From Candidatus Saccharimonadota bacterium (lineage in GTDB: Bacteria > Patescibacteriota > Saccharimonadia > Saccharimonadales > SLHW01), in NCBI GenBank assembly GCA_024635455.1, contig JAGXIU010000003.1, forward strand, positions 133,772 to 197,771: a stretch of DNA of 64,000 bases, in the 5' to 3' direction. Of the stretch, positions 26,301-36,326 are shown one piece after another. Below the pieces are notes generated by a model. The model made no database searches, was not told the origin of the DNA, and saw only the letters and a program-made list of their open reading frames with translations. Every line of letters starts with the position of its first letter. Within the stretch, counting starts at the first letter, position 1. The position numbers were made by a program, and so were the translations under genes.

Positions 26301-26606
26301 TCACGAGATGGTTCTGCCGCCGAGTCGTTTCCAGCTGTAGAGACCACCGAGATTAACTGCGTTGTAGCCCTTGGTGTGAAGAATGTTCGCGGCAACTGAG
26401 GATCTGCTACCAGAGGCACAGTAGAGATAGATGATCTTGTTGGTGTCTGTCGTTGGTAGCTGCCCAGCTAAAATGCGTTGCAAAGAAAACAGTACGGCGC
26501 CCTCGGCATGCTCGAGCTGGTACTCGTAGTCTTCGCGAACGTCCACGACGATAGCTGTGTCGCTCTGGACCTGCTGGAGGATTTCCTCGAGGCTGGCGAT
26601 AGGCAC
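26301..26606 (-). CDS. rhodanese-domain sulfurtransferase
   Basis: 101 aa. IVVDVRE...YLYCASGSRS carries the catalytic Cys. Confidence 0.8.
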   Translation of the reverse strand: MPIASLEEILQQVQSDTAIVVDVREDYEYQLEHAEGAVLFSLQRILAGQLPTTDTNKIIYLYCASGSRSSVAANILHTKGYNAVNLGGLYSWKRLGGRTIS

Positions 26607-26607
26607 G

Positions 26608-27042
26608 CTACTGCGTCACCCTCTGGCCAGTCGTTAGCTCGCCACCCATAGCAGTAACATCGTCGAGCCCACCGAGGTCAACCACGCTGTAACCGGCGTT
26701 TTCCAGAATTTGCGTTGCCTGAGCCGATCGATTGCCACTTCGGCAATAGACATAGACGGTGGTATCGGTGTCGACGTTCGGCAGGGCGCCTGATTGGATG
26801 TCTTGTAGGGGAAGCAATTCAGCGTCCTCAAAGTGGCTCTCGTTATATTCCGCTGGCGTTCGCACGTCCAGAAAGGCGCCTGGGTTTTCGGCGGCGGCGG
26901 TAGAGACGTCGGCGAAGGTTACAGCGTCAGTTGCTTGAGTAGATTGTGTTTTGTTTGTCGACGTGGTGTCTGTGCTAGATTGGCTAGACGTTGCCAAGCC
27001 GAGCAACAGAACAACAGCGGCTGCGGCAAGAAGAATCTTCAT
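26608..27042 (-). CDS. secreted rhodanese-domain protein
   Basis: It has a signal peptide. FLDVRTPAEY...YVYCRSGNRS carries the catalytic Cys. Confidence 0.75.
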   Translation of the reverse strand: MKILLAAAAVVLLLGLATSSQSSTDTTSTNKTQSTQATDAVTFADVSTAAAENPGAFLDVRTPAEYNESHFEDAELLPLQDIQSGALPNVDTDTTVYVYCRSGNRSAQATQILENAGYSVVDLGGLDDVTAMGGELTTGQRVTQ

Positions 27043-27044
27043 GG

Positions 27045-27692
27045 TTAGCTCTTTGCTCCTTGCTGGGTTAGGCGTTCAAGGGTTGGCTGATCGAAACCGA
27101 GGACCTTTTCGACTATGCCATCTTCCATCTCGATAGTAGTAAACGGTACGCCGCGTTGACCGCTGAGCGTGACCATATACTGCGCCGCTACAGGATTTTT
27201 GTCGACGAGATGTTCGGTATACTTTATGTCTCTATCGTCAAACCACTTTTTGACCATTTGACAATACGGGCAGGTTTGCGTTGAGTAAACAGTAATATTC
27301 ATTATTGAAGTCCTTTCATCATTACACTTTTTACAGGTTCCACTTATCACCAGACTCCCGTTGACTGAGCAGCCCTCGATGCCCTTTTTTAGGAGTGGGA
27401 TAACTTCATCACGTATCGAAACATCACGGAGATCACCGCACGTGTTGCACATGAAGTGGTCGTGGTCCGATGTGTTGGCGTCAAAACGCATGGATCCATC
27501 AAGATAGGCTGGCGCCATACGAAGCCTACCCTGCTCGACGAGTCGGGCGGTAATGCGATGAACAGTAGTGGCGGTAATTGTCGGATATGCGCGACGAAGG
27601 TACTTTTCTATGTCGGTATTCGTTGCGTGTCGAACCAGATCCATATAAGAGATTACTGCCTCGGTATATTTGGTATTTCGTACAAGGGCCAT
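27045..27692 (-). CDS. Fur-family regulator fused to C-terminal glutaredoxin (CPYC) domain
   Basis: Residues ~1-130 form a winged helix plus HDHFMCNTCG ... GTCKKCND (Fur metal and structural-Zn sites). Residues ~135-215 have CPYC and GVPFTTIE, typical of Grx/NrdH. It is one uninterrupted ORF. Confidence 0.65.
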   Translation of the reverse strand: MALVRNTKYTEAVISYMDLVRHATNTDIEKYLRRAYPTITATTVHRITARLVEQGRLRMAPAYLDGSMRFDANTSDHDHFMCNTCGDLRDVSIRDEVIPLLKKGIEGCSVNGSLVISGTCKKCNDERTSIMNITVYSTQTCPYCQMVKKWFDDRDIKYTEHLVDKNPVAAQYMVTLSGQRGVPFTTIEMEDGIVEKVLGFDQPTLERLTQQGAKS

Positions 27693-27811
27693 GGCGACTA
27701 ATGTAAACCATTTACATTAATAATACAAGACATAATTTACGGCATTACAAAAACCGGTGGCCGAGCGAGGTTATTTTGACTGATAATTAACGGGGTATTC
27801 TGCCTGGTCGC

Positions 27812-28705
27812 CTAGATATTTCGTAAGTAGCTGTAAAGCGAAAGAGCGGCCTTGGTGCCTTCGGCTGCGGCAGTGACGATTTGTTTGTCTTTGATATCGG
27901 TGACGTCACCTGCAGCAAAAAAACCTTCTACGTTTGTCGCGCAATTGTAAGGGTCGATGATGATTTCGTTTTGGGAATTACGCTGGACTGCCTGTGGAGC
28001 AATGGCTGAATTTGCTGTGTGTCCAATCTCGATAAAAACACCGTCTGTTTCTCGCTTTTGGCCATCGTTCAGCACGAGTGCGTTGACGTATTCATCACCT
28101 TGGATCTCCTGTACGGTTTGTTTGGTCAAGACGTGCACGCCTTTTTTTGCGGCGCGCTCCTGCAGGACTTCGTCTGCTTGTATGGTGTCGGTTGCCTCCA
28201 GCAATGTGACTTCGCGGGCATAGTCGGTCAGCTCGATTGCAGAACTAAAACCGGTGTTGCCCCCGCCAATAACCACGACGTTTTTATTCTGATAGACCGG
28301 TGCGTCGCAAGTCGTGCAATAGACGACTCCCTTGCCAGCATAGTGCTCTTCACCGGGTACGCCGAGGCGTTTCGGTGTTCTACCAGTTGCGAGGAGCACG
28401 GTACGCGTTAATAACGTCTCCGCAGCGCCGGTTCGTACAGTAAACTGTTGCTGGCCTTGCTCGATTGCAAGCGCATCGTCTTCACTGATGCAGATATCGT
28501 GTTGGCGTAAGTGGTCTTCAAATTGTCCGATTAGCGCGGCTCCCTTGATGGACGTTTTCCCTGGCCAGTTTTCAATTTTTCCGGAAAGCCCGACCTGACC
28601 GATAAAGTCTGACGTGAGTAGTCGGGTTTTGATTTTCTTCCGGGCGGCGTAAATTCCGGCTGTAATCCCCGCAGGACCACCACCGATAATTATCAGCTCA
28701 TACAT
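27812..28705 (-). CDS. trxB: thioredoxin reductase
   Basis: FAD motif IIIGGGPAGITAG, redox-active CTTCDAP and NADPH motif VVVIGGGNTG. Confidence 0.9.
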   Translation of the reverse strand: MYELIIIGGGPAGITAGIYAARKKIKTRLLTSDFIGQVGLSGKIENWPGKTSIKGAALIGQFEDHLRQHDICISEDDALAIEQGQQQFTVRTGAAETLLTRTVLLATGRTPKRLGVPGEEHYAGKGVVYCTTCDAPVYQNKNVVVIGGGNTGFSSAIELTDYAREVTLLEATDTIQADEVLQERAAKKGVHVLTKQTVQEIQGDEYVNALVLNDGQKRETDGVFIEIGHTANSAIAPQAVQRNSQNEIIIDPYNCATNVEGFFAAGDVTDIKDKQIVTAAAEGTKAALSLYSYLRNI

Positions 28706-28710
28706 GACGT

Positions 28711-28938
28711 TTATAGCGCTCTTTGGAGTTTCTTCTTGTCGTAGCCAACAACGACTGTGTCATCAATAACGGTAACCGGGACACCCATTTGACCAGACAC
28801 TTTTTTCATCTCTTCCAGGGCGTCAGCATCCTGGCTAACATCTATCTCGGTATAGGCAACCTCAGCCTTGTCTAGCAGCTTTTTTATCGCTGGACAAAAC
28901 ACGCAGGTCGGCGTGGTATAGATGGTAATTTTGTTCAT
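28711..28938 (-). CDS. NrdH/glutaredoxin-like redoxin
   Basis: 75 aa with CVFC and GVPVTVID. Confidence 0.8.
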   Translation of the reverse strand: MNKITIYTTPTCVFCPAIKKLLDKAEVAYTEIDVSQDADALEEMKKVSGQMGVPVTVIDDTVVVGYDKKKLQRAL

Positions 28939-29166
28939 TTATTTTAGTGTAGCGCCAGACTGTTCGGAGCGCAATATGATGGGCTGGCTCGCTGAAAGAT
29001 ATACCTGAAGCAACGGTGCGGTGATTGGTATACAATATGATTGAAAAGCACCCCGTGGTTGCTATACTTATGGCATAAGCGAAAATGCATCGTGTATGAC
29101 GCTTTGTGTGCCGGACGTACATATCAGTTAAGGGTATCTTTGCCGCAAGGTTAAAGGAGTATTTTT

Positions 29167-29568
29167 ATGATAGGGAACACGCTGGTTATCAGCATAATTG
29201 TCCTTACTTTTGGTGTGCTTGGGTTTGCGATATACAACAATCAATCGCGCTCAGAAGATGAGGTTGATTCTACAGTTGCTGATAGTAACATGAACCAGTT
29301 TGTCTCATGCTTGGCCGAGAATGAGGTAGTGGCCTATACATCAGAAACCTGTCCAGCTTGCTTTCGCTTTGCCCAACAATTTGGTGGCTACGAGTTCATC
29401 GAGCCAATAAATGTGGAGTGTAGCGAAAACCCCGATGAGTGTCAGCAGAATATGCAAACTGGCTATGTACCAGAAGTACACATAGACGGCCAGGTGCTCG
29501 AGACACCACCTACCCCCGAAGACTTATCTGCTGCAACTGGCTGTAAGTTGGCATCGGTTGAGCAATGA
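29167..29568 (+). CDS. membrane-anchored thioredoxin-fold protein (CPAC)
   Basis: An N-terminal TM helix is followed by VVAYTSETCPACFRFAQQ. Confidence 0.5.
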   Translation: MIGNTLVISIIVLTFGVLGFAIYNNQSRSEDEVDSTVADSNMNQFVSCLAENEVVAYTSETCPACFRFAQQFGGYEFIEPINVECSENPDECQQNMQTGYVPEVHIDGQVLETPPTPEDLSAATGCKLASVEQ

Positions 29569-30743
29569 AGCTCCTCTACGGCTCACTAGCCTTCATACTG
29601 ATTAGCTTTCAATTATTTACGGGCGTCGCAGCAGCGCAGGATATGTCGACTGATCTATCTGAGGCGTCTGTCGGCAGAGAAGACAGCCGTGATCAAGAAA
29701 AATACGATGAGGTCACCGCCTATTACTTCGAGGACAAACTCTGCTCTGTCTGCTCGCAGCAGACAGAGTTTCTCGAGGCAATCGAGGATGACTACCCAAA
29801 CTTGACCGTTGTTCGCTACGATATCTCGGAAACTGATAGGTTCCACGAGCTGGCTACTGAGCAGAGCCTGGAGGATTACCAAATAATGGCGCCGACGACA
29901 TTCATTGGTGATGAATTTCTGCAGTTTTCGAGTTTTGGCGAAGTGGAGGAAGAAGCTCTGCTTGCTGCAATTGAGGGCCGAGAACAGTCAGCCGATACGA
30001 CCCTCCGCCTACCTCTTATTGGAACGAGGATAGACACGAGTACTTGGTCGTTACCCGTTCTGGCCATCGTGCTTGGTACTCTCGATGGTTTTAATGTGTG
30101 TTCTCTAGGTGCGCTTATTTTGATTTTGACCATAGTGCTAGCCTTTGACTCGCGAAAGAAAATATTCTTGTTTGGCGGATTATTTATCGTCACGACGGTC
30201 ATTGCCTACGGAGCCTTGGTTTTCGTTTGGGGTCAGCTCATCAATACGTTCATAGGCCAGTTAAGTATGCTTCGATTTATTGTAGGAATCGCCTCACTTG
30301 GTGGCTCGGTATGGTTCTTTCGCGAGTTCTGGCGCTTCTACAAATATGGCCCGACTTGTGAGTCATCGAACTCAAAGCTCGCTCAGCTTAGCTCACAAAA
30401 ATTAAAAAGTGCGTTCGAGGATCCCGGTAAGGGAACGATGATGTTAGGCAGCGCGATCGTGCTGTTCGCTATAGCAATAACTATCGTTGAACTCCCCTGC
30501 TCTATCGGTGTACCAATTGCCTTTACCGGCATATTAGTACAAAGCGGAACATCGCTGGGGATGTACACACTCTACATCCTGCTCTATCTGTTTTTCTACA
30601 TGTTGATCGAGTTGATAGTCTTCACGGGAGCAGTGCTGACCAAGGAGATATGGTTTGCTGGATCCAGGCTTATCACCTGGACGACTTTTGTTGGAGCCGT
30701 CATCCTGTTGCTTCTCGGACTGTATTACCTGCTTGCTTCGTAG
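29565..30743 (+). CDS. thioredoxin-like domain fused to DsbD/CcdA-like transmembrane thiol-disulfide transporter
   Basis: A signal peptide and a CSVCS thioredoxin-like domain are followed by a six-TM core with the two conserved cysteines (FNVCSLG and ELPCSIG). It overlaps the upstream gene by 4 nt. Confidence 0.55.
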   Translation: MKLLYGSLAFILISFQLFTGVAAAQDMSTDLSEASVGREDSRDQEKYDEVTAYYFEDKLCSVCSQQTEFLEAIEDDYPNLTVVRYDISETDRFHELATEQSLEDYQIMAPTTFIGDEFLQFSSFGEVEEEALLAAIEGREQSADTTLRLPLIGTRIDTSTWSLPVLAIVLGTLDGFNVCSLGALILILTIVLAFDSRKKIFLFGGLFIVTTVIAYGALVFVWGQLINTFIGQLSMLRFIVGIASLGGSVWFFREFWRFYKYGPTCESSNSKLAQLSSQKLKSAFEDPGKGTMMLGSAIVLFAIAITIVELPCSIGVPIAFTGILVQSGTSLGMYTLYILLYLFFYMLIELIVFTGAVLTKEIWFAGSRLITWTTFVGAVILLLLGLYYLLAS

Positions 30744-30810
30744 GTTGCCTTACTGCATGCCTAGGCGCTGATGCGTGAGCTCGGGCTGAGGCTAGCTTTG
30801 CCGCGCGTAT

Positions 30811-32070
30811 TTAGTTACGGAGAGATTCGAGCTGTTCTTCGATGCGGAGAAGTTCGTTGTATTTCGCTAAGCGCTCACTTCGAGACATTGAACCTGTTTT
30901 AATTTGGCCCGTATTCAGTCCAACAGCCAGATGCGCGATAGTCGTGTCTTCGGTCTCGCCAGAACGGTGGCTCATAATAGTGCCCCAACCGTGGCTTTGT
31001 GCCAATTGAACGGCTTGGATGGTCTCGCTCAGGCTGCCGATTTGGTTTGGTTTTATCAGTATGGCGTTGGCGGCCTTGGTGTTAATGGCTTTCTCGAGTA
31101 GTGACGTATTGGTGACCAGCAGGTCGTCGCCAACTATTTGCATGGTCTCGCCGAGTTCTTTGGTCATAGCTGACCAACCGGACCAGTCGTTTTCATCAAG
31201 CCCATCTTCAATTGAACGGATGGGAAAATCTGTTTGCAACTGTTTATACCAATTTACGAGGTCATCAGCATTGACCTGCTTGTCTTCGGTCGATAAATGG
31301 TAGGCGCCATTGGTGTATAGCTCAGAGGCGGCTACGTCGAGGGCAATTTCTATCTCTTCACCAAAGCGATAGTTTGCTGCTTCGACAGCTTCGGCGATAA
31401 CTTCCAGCGCTTCTTTGTTGCCCCCGGTAAAAGCTGGTGCATAACCGCCTTCATCACCAACGGTAGTTGCGTAACCCTTGGCTGAGAGGACTTTACCGAG
31501 TTGATGAAATATATCTGCTGCAACGCGCACACGGTCCACCATCTTCTCGTGTGCTGTTGGCATAATCATAAATTCTTGAATGTCGGTTGATCCGGCGGCA
31601 TGCTTACCGCCGTTAATGATGTTTACCATTGGCCGCGGTAGCGTAAATTCACTCGAGCCAGCTAGTTTTCCAATGTATTCGTACAACGGCAGACCTAGTG
31701 AGCCTGCGGCGGCGTGAGCGGCAGCGAGTGAAACCGACAGTATGGCGTTGGCGCCGAGGCGTGACTTATCCTCCGTACCATCAAGCGATCGCATAGCCCC
31801 ATCCAGCGCTGATTGATCAGTAACATCCATACCAATAAGTTCGGTGGCAATGACTGAGTTGACTGCATCGACTGCCTGATAAACGCTTTTGCCTGCGAAC
31901 ACGTTCAGGTCGTTGTCGCGTAACTCGAGTGCCTCCCGTGCACCGGTTGAAGCACCGGAAGGCACGGCGGCTCTTCCGCGCGTGCCATCTTCTAGCGTAA
32001 TATCTGCTTCTACGGTGGGGAAACCCCGTGAGTCTAATATTTGTCGCGCGTGTATTTGTGTAATCTTCAT
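30811..32070 (-). CDS. eno: enolase
   Basis: MKITQIHARQILDSRGFPTVEADITLEDGTRGRAAVPSGASTGAREALELRD, with the enolase signatures throughout. Confidence 0.95.
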   Translation of the reverse strand: MKITQIHARQILDSRGFPTVEADITLEDGTRGRAAVPSGASTGAREALELRDNDLNVFAGKSVYQAVDAVNSVIATELIGMDVTDQSALDGAMRSLDGTEDKSRLGANAILSVSLAAAHAAAGSLGLPLYEYIGKLAGSSEFTLPRPMVNIINGGKHAAGSTDIQEFMIMPTAHEKMVDRVRVAADIFHQLGKVLSAKGYATTVGDEGGYAPAFTGGNKEALEVIAEAVEAANYRFGEEIEIALDVAASELYTNGAYHLSTEDKQVNADDLVNWYKQLQTDFPIRSIEDGLDENDWSGWSAMTKELGETMQIVGDDLLVTNTSLLEKAINTKAANAILIKPNQIGSLSETIQAVQLAQSHGWGTIMSHRSGETEDTTIAHLAVGLNTGQIKTGSMSRSERLAKYNELLRIEEQLESLRN

Positions 32071-32128
32071 GCCTGTATATTCACACACCGTTATCCTGTT
32101 GTAAATCTTTTGTTGGTATGGAACAATT

Positions 32129-33145
32129 ATGCTTATGGCAAGAATCGTTTTCTACGACGTGAACGAGCATGATAAGCAGCAGCTCGAACAGGCTTTTGTG
32201 GGCAGTGACCACGAAGTCATTATGGTGACCGGTGGACTCACACTGGATACGCTAGACACTCTGGCCGAAGTTATATCGGTATTTGTGAGTAGCCCAGTGC
32301 CGGCAGAGATTATCGAAAAAGCAGACAATCTGCAGCACATCGCATGTCGATCCACTGGCTATGACCATATTGCTATTGAAGCTGCACGTGAACGTGGCAT
32401 TAGTGTTTCTAATGTTCCTGCTTATGGTTCGCATACAGTAGCGGAATACGCTATGTCGCTGCTGTTACTGTTGTCCCGTAAGCTGGATCAGGCGATTGAG
32501 TCAGCTCACAAAGGGGTCACGGTACGTCAAGACCTGCAAGGATTTGACCTGTACGGCAAAACCATAGGAATAATTGGGGCGGGACGCATTGGTTGTACCT
32601 TGGCACGTATTGCAAACGGCTTTAGCATGCGTGTGCTGGCGTATGACCCCTTCCCGGCTGAACACCTTGCACAAGAGAATAACTTTGAATACACCAGCAT
32701 CGAGCAGCTATTGGCACAATCTGACGTCGTGAGCCTGCATGCCCCGTACACCAGAGAAAACCATCACTTATTGAACGCTGAGCGATTGTCTATGATGAAG
32801 CGAGGCGCTGTATTGATAAATACGGCCCGCGGTGAGCTGGTTGATAACCGAGCCTTGATAGACGCTATAGAATCAGGTCATCTCTACGGTGCTGGCTTTG
32901 ACGTACTGGAGGGCGAACAGCTCATTAACACACGTGAAGAGTTGCTGATGATCCGCTCAGAGGCGGCCGACCCAGAAAAGCTGAAGCATAGCCTGGAGGT
33001 TTCGGTACTGAAGAAACTGCCCAACGTTGCCGTGACCAACCATAATGCGTTCAATACACGTGAAGCGATAGCCCGCATTAATCATCAGACTGCCGAAAAT
33101 ATTCACAATTTTTTTCTACAAACTCCAAGTAATATCGTGTCATGA
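32129..33145 (+). CDS. D-isomer-specific 2-hydroxyacid dehydrogenase (D-lactate dehydrogenase-like)
   Basis: NAD-binding GIIGAGRIGCTLARIA; the catalytic R...E...H pattern follows in the C-terminal half. Confidence 0.8.
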   Translation: MLMARIVFYDVNEHDKQQLEQAFVGSDHEVIMVTGGLTLDTLDTLAEVISVFVSSPVPAEIIEKADNLQHIACRSTGYDHIAIEAARERGISVSNVPAYGSHTVAEYAMSLLLLLSRKLDQAIESAHKGVTVRQDLQGFDLYGKTIGIIGAGRIGCTLARIANGFSMRVLAYDPFPAEHLAQENNFEYTSIEQLLAQSDVVSLHAPYTRENHHLLNAERLSMMKRGAVLINTARGELVDNRALIDAIESGHLYGAGFDVLEGEQLINTREELLMIRSEAADPEKLKHSLEVSVLKKLPNVAVTNHNAFNTREAIARINHQTAENIHNFFLQTPSNIVS

Positions 33146-33786
33146 GTGAACTACCAGGAAAGCTCATTATTATCCGGCACGGCGAATCCGAGTGGAACGC
33201 CCTAGGAAAATGGACTGGTCATACCGACGTTCACTTAACCACAAAAGGCTTCCGCGAAGCTGCCATGATGGGAGAGTGTTTACGCGATATCAAAATCGAC
33301 TATGCCTTTATATCACAACAAATGCGTACCAAAGAAACTCTGGAGGGCGTGCTTGATGCGAGTGGTCAGTACGACGTGCCCTATGAAGTGCATGCTGGCA
33401 TAAACGAACGAAGCTATGGTGAGTACACTGGTAAAAACAAGTGGGAGATGAAGGAAGAAGTAGGAGAAGAGCGATTTAACGCAATTCGGCGTGGCTGGGA
33501 TGAGCCAATCCCCGGTGGCGAAACACTAAAGACTGTTTATCAAAGAGCGATGCGGGCCTTTCGTGAGGATATTCTGCCGCGCCTCAAAGGTGGCCAAAAT
33601 GTACTCGTTGTCGCGCACGGAAACTCGATTAGAGCTCTGATAAAGTATATTGAATCTGTTTCTGACGAGGATATCGGCACGATTGAGATGATATTTGGTA
33701 CCGCGCTCATCTACGTATTGGATGACGAGGGAAAAAGTATTGATAAATCCGTTCGTAGTATTGATACCAGTCTGCCACCCGCGTAA
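33142..33786 (+). CDS. gpm: histidine-phosphatase phosphoglycerate mutase (dPGM-like)
   Basis: LIIIRHGESEWN (RHG motif), with a second His in AHGNSIRAL. Confidence 0.8.
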   Translation: MSELPGKLIIIRHGESEWNALGKWTGHTDVHLTTKGFREAAMMGECLRDIKIDYAFISQQMRTKETLEGVLDASGQYDVPYEVHAGINERSYGEYTGKNKWEMKEEVGEERFNAIRRGWDEPIPGGETLKTVYQRAMRAFREDILPRLKGGQNVLVVAHGNSIRALIKYIESVSDEDIGTIEMIFGTALIYVLDDEGKSIDKSVRSIDTSLPPA

Positions 33787-33896
33787 GTAAGCGACAACAG
33801 TTTGAGGCTGAGCCTGCGCGTATATTCGATACTGAGTAGACTATAGAAAAGAGCCCTCTCGTGAAGGGCTCTTTCTTCGCTCAAGTCGTAGTTGGT

Positions 33897-34589
33897 CTAC
33901 TTCTTGTGCTTTTTGGTGTCCGCTGTGTTTTCGTACATCTGCTCGACGATACGTCCAGCTACCTCGCGACCACCAAGCCCAAAGGCTAAGGCTAATGCGA
34001 GTACAATTCCAGCTACGATGATAGTAACGTTGTTCGCAATGATAGTTGTATCAAAGCCAAGTTGGCTAAGTGCCATCAAAACTCCAAACACAAGTAGCAC
34101 GTAGTAGCTTATGTTCGCAATAGGGTTTGCGTAATCTACGCTCATTCGGCGAAGACCGGCTAAGATTGCATCACGTAGTAATCGTGCACCAGCAATGGTT
34201 ACAGTTAAGACTACCGCTGCAGCCAACACACTTGGTAGGTATGCTAATAGATCGCGAATTGTATCGCTCATAGCGTTCAAACCAAGCACTTCTGTTGCTG
34301 CAAGTGCAAATATTATTATGACAACCCAGAAAGTGATACGACCAGCTAGATTCGTTACATCTATATTTAGCTCGTTATCGTCAAGAGTTTTCTTGACAGC
34401 TTTGTTTTTCTGTAACTTATCTACATTTACGATTTCAAATACTTTGCGGACCAGCTTTTCGGCTAACTTAGCAACCAATGCGCCAAGTAGTACGAGTAGA
34501 ATCGCACCGAAAAGACTCGGCAAAAAGCTGCCGACAGCTTCCCAAAATTCGTTTGCTGATACCGATAATAGATCGGATAAATCGTCCAT
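33897..34589 (-). CDS. membrane protein (helix-repeat, mechanosensitive-channel-like N-terminal region)
   Basis: 230 aa with about 5 TM helices. Confidence 0.35.
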   Translation of the reverse strand: MDDLSDLLSVSANEFWEAVGSFLPSLFGAILLVLLGALVAKLAEKLVRKVFEIVNVDKLQKNKAVKKTLDDNELNIDVTNLAGRITFWVVIIIFALAATEVLGLNAMSDTIRDLLAYLPSVLAAAVVLTVTIAGARLLRDAILAGLRRMSVDYANPIANISYYVLLVFGVLMALSQLGFDTTIIANNVTIIVAGIVLALALAFGLGGREVAGRIVEQMYENTADTKKHKK

Positions 34590-34670
34590 CTTTCCTCCTT
34601 ACATAATTGATGTACTAGCTATAGTATAACTGTAGTGACCAGATAGCGCAAACCACCACTGGTGATGTAT

Positions 34671-35678
34671 CTATTCTGAATAGCTATCTGCACTTGTGCT
34701 GTGATGCTCTTCAAAAGGTATAGTTTGCGTCAGCTGCTTGGCCTTAATTTTAGCGGCTAATGCTGCAACATATTCATGCATATCTTTGATATCTTGTATT
34801 TCTGGAGCATATGGTGTTGGTATGTTCTCTGCGCCAACTGGCCCACGACATTCGTAGAAGGCCATACCTAGGCTTTGTTCGTCGAATAACATTTGTACCT
34901 GCATGCCTGCTTCATCATCTATCAGAGTTTGCTTTTGAGTAACACCTTGTTGGCGCTTTCGTATGTCATAAAGCTCAACGCTTGTCAGTTTAGCGTCATC
35001 TTGCGTATAAAATATCCATCCATCCAGTCCTTCATTATGCGAAAACTCATATCTAGCTTCTGTGTTAGATTCATTAGCGTGTTTACGTAGCGCATTATTA
35101 AGATTGGGAAAAACTTCTTCGTCGAGCAGATCAAGTTCTGCAAAATCTCCATAATTGCCGTCGTATATAGGGAATATTAGGCTTGCAATGCTTTGTCGTA
35201 GTTGCGTTTGCGGGATGGATATTGCAGTCTCTCGATCAGTAGTTTCATCGTAAAAGTATCCGTTGCCATCTTCGCCTGAGTTAGGGTTTATAGATACTGT
35301 TACAGTTGGAGTTTGGGTAGTGTCGCTATCGTTTTCTCGCGTGTATACGTTCATAGTAAGCACCGGAGATATAGGGTGATGAATTGAGGATGCGGTAAGC
35401 ACTGACACTCCTGTGACCTCTCTGGTAAGTAGTGAGTCAGCTATAAGTTGCGGCAACTGGAGGTCATGGAGTCTGTCGCTGTGAAAAAAGAACTCATATT
35501 TTGCAATCTCCGGTTCCCTCTCACTATTTAACAACGGGATAATTTCGACAGTTTGCTCGATCAGCTTGTTGGCTGCGCGTACATATTCTACGTCAACCTC
35601 GCGAGTCTGTTCTGTGCCAGCAAATATATCTATAGTTTCGTCATTTAAGTCCCGTTCGTGCATAAGTAAACGATACAA
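34671..35678 (-). CDS. hypothetical protein
   Basis: 335-aa acidic cytoplasmic protein with no recognised motif. Confidence 0.4.
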   Translation of the reverse strand: MYRLLMHERDLNDETIDIFAGTEQTREVDVEYVRAANKLIEQTVEIIPLLNSEREPEIAKYEFFFHSDRLHDLQLPQLIADSLLTREVTGVSVLTASSIHHPISPVLTMNVYTRENDSDTTQTPTVTVSINPNSGEDGNGYFYDETTDRETAISIPQTQLRQSIASLIFPIYDGNYGDFAELDLLDEEVFPNLNNALRKHANESNTEARYEFSHNEGLDGWIFYTQDDAKLTSVELYDIRKRQQGVTQKQTLIDDEAGMQVQMLFDEQSLGMAFYECRGPVGAENIPTPYAPEIQDIKDMHEYVAALAAKIKAKQLTQTIPFEEHHSTSADSYSE

Positions 35679-35762
35679 TAAAACCCAATAAAAGTAAATA
35701 CATTTATATCGCTTGTGCTTTGTAGTATAATGCGACCATAATCATAATCAGGAGATAAATAA

Positions 35763-36308
35763 ATGGCTAAAGTGAACAAAAAACAACAACAGGCAAAAGC
35801 CATGAAGATATGGGGCCTGACGCGCATATCACTCGGTTTTGTGTTTTTGTGGGCTTTCGTTGATAAATTATTCGGTCTTGGCTTTGCGACCTGCCGTGAC
35901 GCTGCAACAGACGCAGTTAATGTCATGTGTGATAAAGCATGGGTTGCAGGAGGGTCACCAACAAATGGTTTTTTGAGCTTTGGCACAAGCGGTCCGTTCG
36001 CAGACTTTTATCAGTCATTAGCTGGTAATACACTTGTCGATTGGGCATTCATGATTGGCTTGCTCGGCATAGGCTTAGCCCTAATCCTTGGAATTGGCAT
36101 GCGTATAGCAGCCTATTCTGGCGCATTGATGATGATACTTATGTACACGGCCGCTTTACCTACTTCAAATAACCCAATAATCGACGACCACATTGTGTAC
36201 GCACTCGTACTATTAGGCCTGTTAGCACAAAACGGCGAACAGCGATACGGCTTTGCTGAGCAATGGTCAAAGCAGTCGATCGTCAAACGGTATCCTTGGT
36301 TGCAATAG
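35763..36308 (+). CDS. DoxX-family membrane protein
   Basis: RISLGFVFLWAFVDKLFG plus 4 TM helices. Confidence 0.55.
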   Translation: MAKVNKKQQQAKAMKIWGLTRISLGFVFLWAFVDKLFGLGFATCRDAATDAVNVMCDKAWVAGGSPTNGFLSFGTSGPFADFYQSLAGNTLVDWAFMIGLLGIGLALILGIGMRIAAYSGALMMILMYTAALPTSNNPIIDDHIVYALVLLGLLAQNGEQRYGFAEQWSKQSIVKRYPWLQ

Positions 36309-36326
36309 ATTGTTATACTGCGGTGC

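Noticed and set aside
25021-26606. Multiple minus-strand ORFs inside the lactate permease gene
   Set aside because: All are antisense to a 529-aa CDS with unmistakable LctP topology and give Arg/Gln-rich nonsense translations.
26715-27136. Plus-strand Arg-rich ORFs over the rhodanese genes
   Set aside because: Antisense frames of GC-richer coding sequence.
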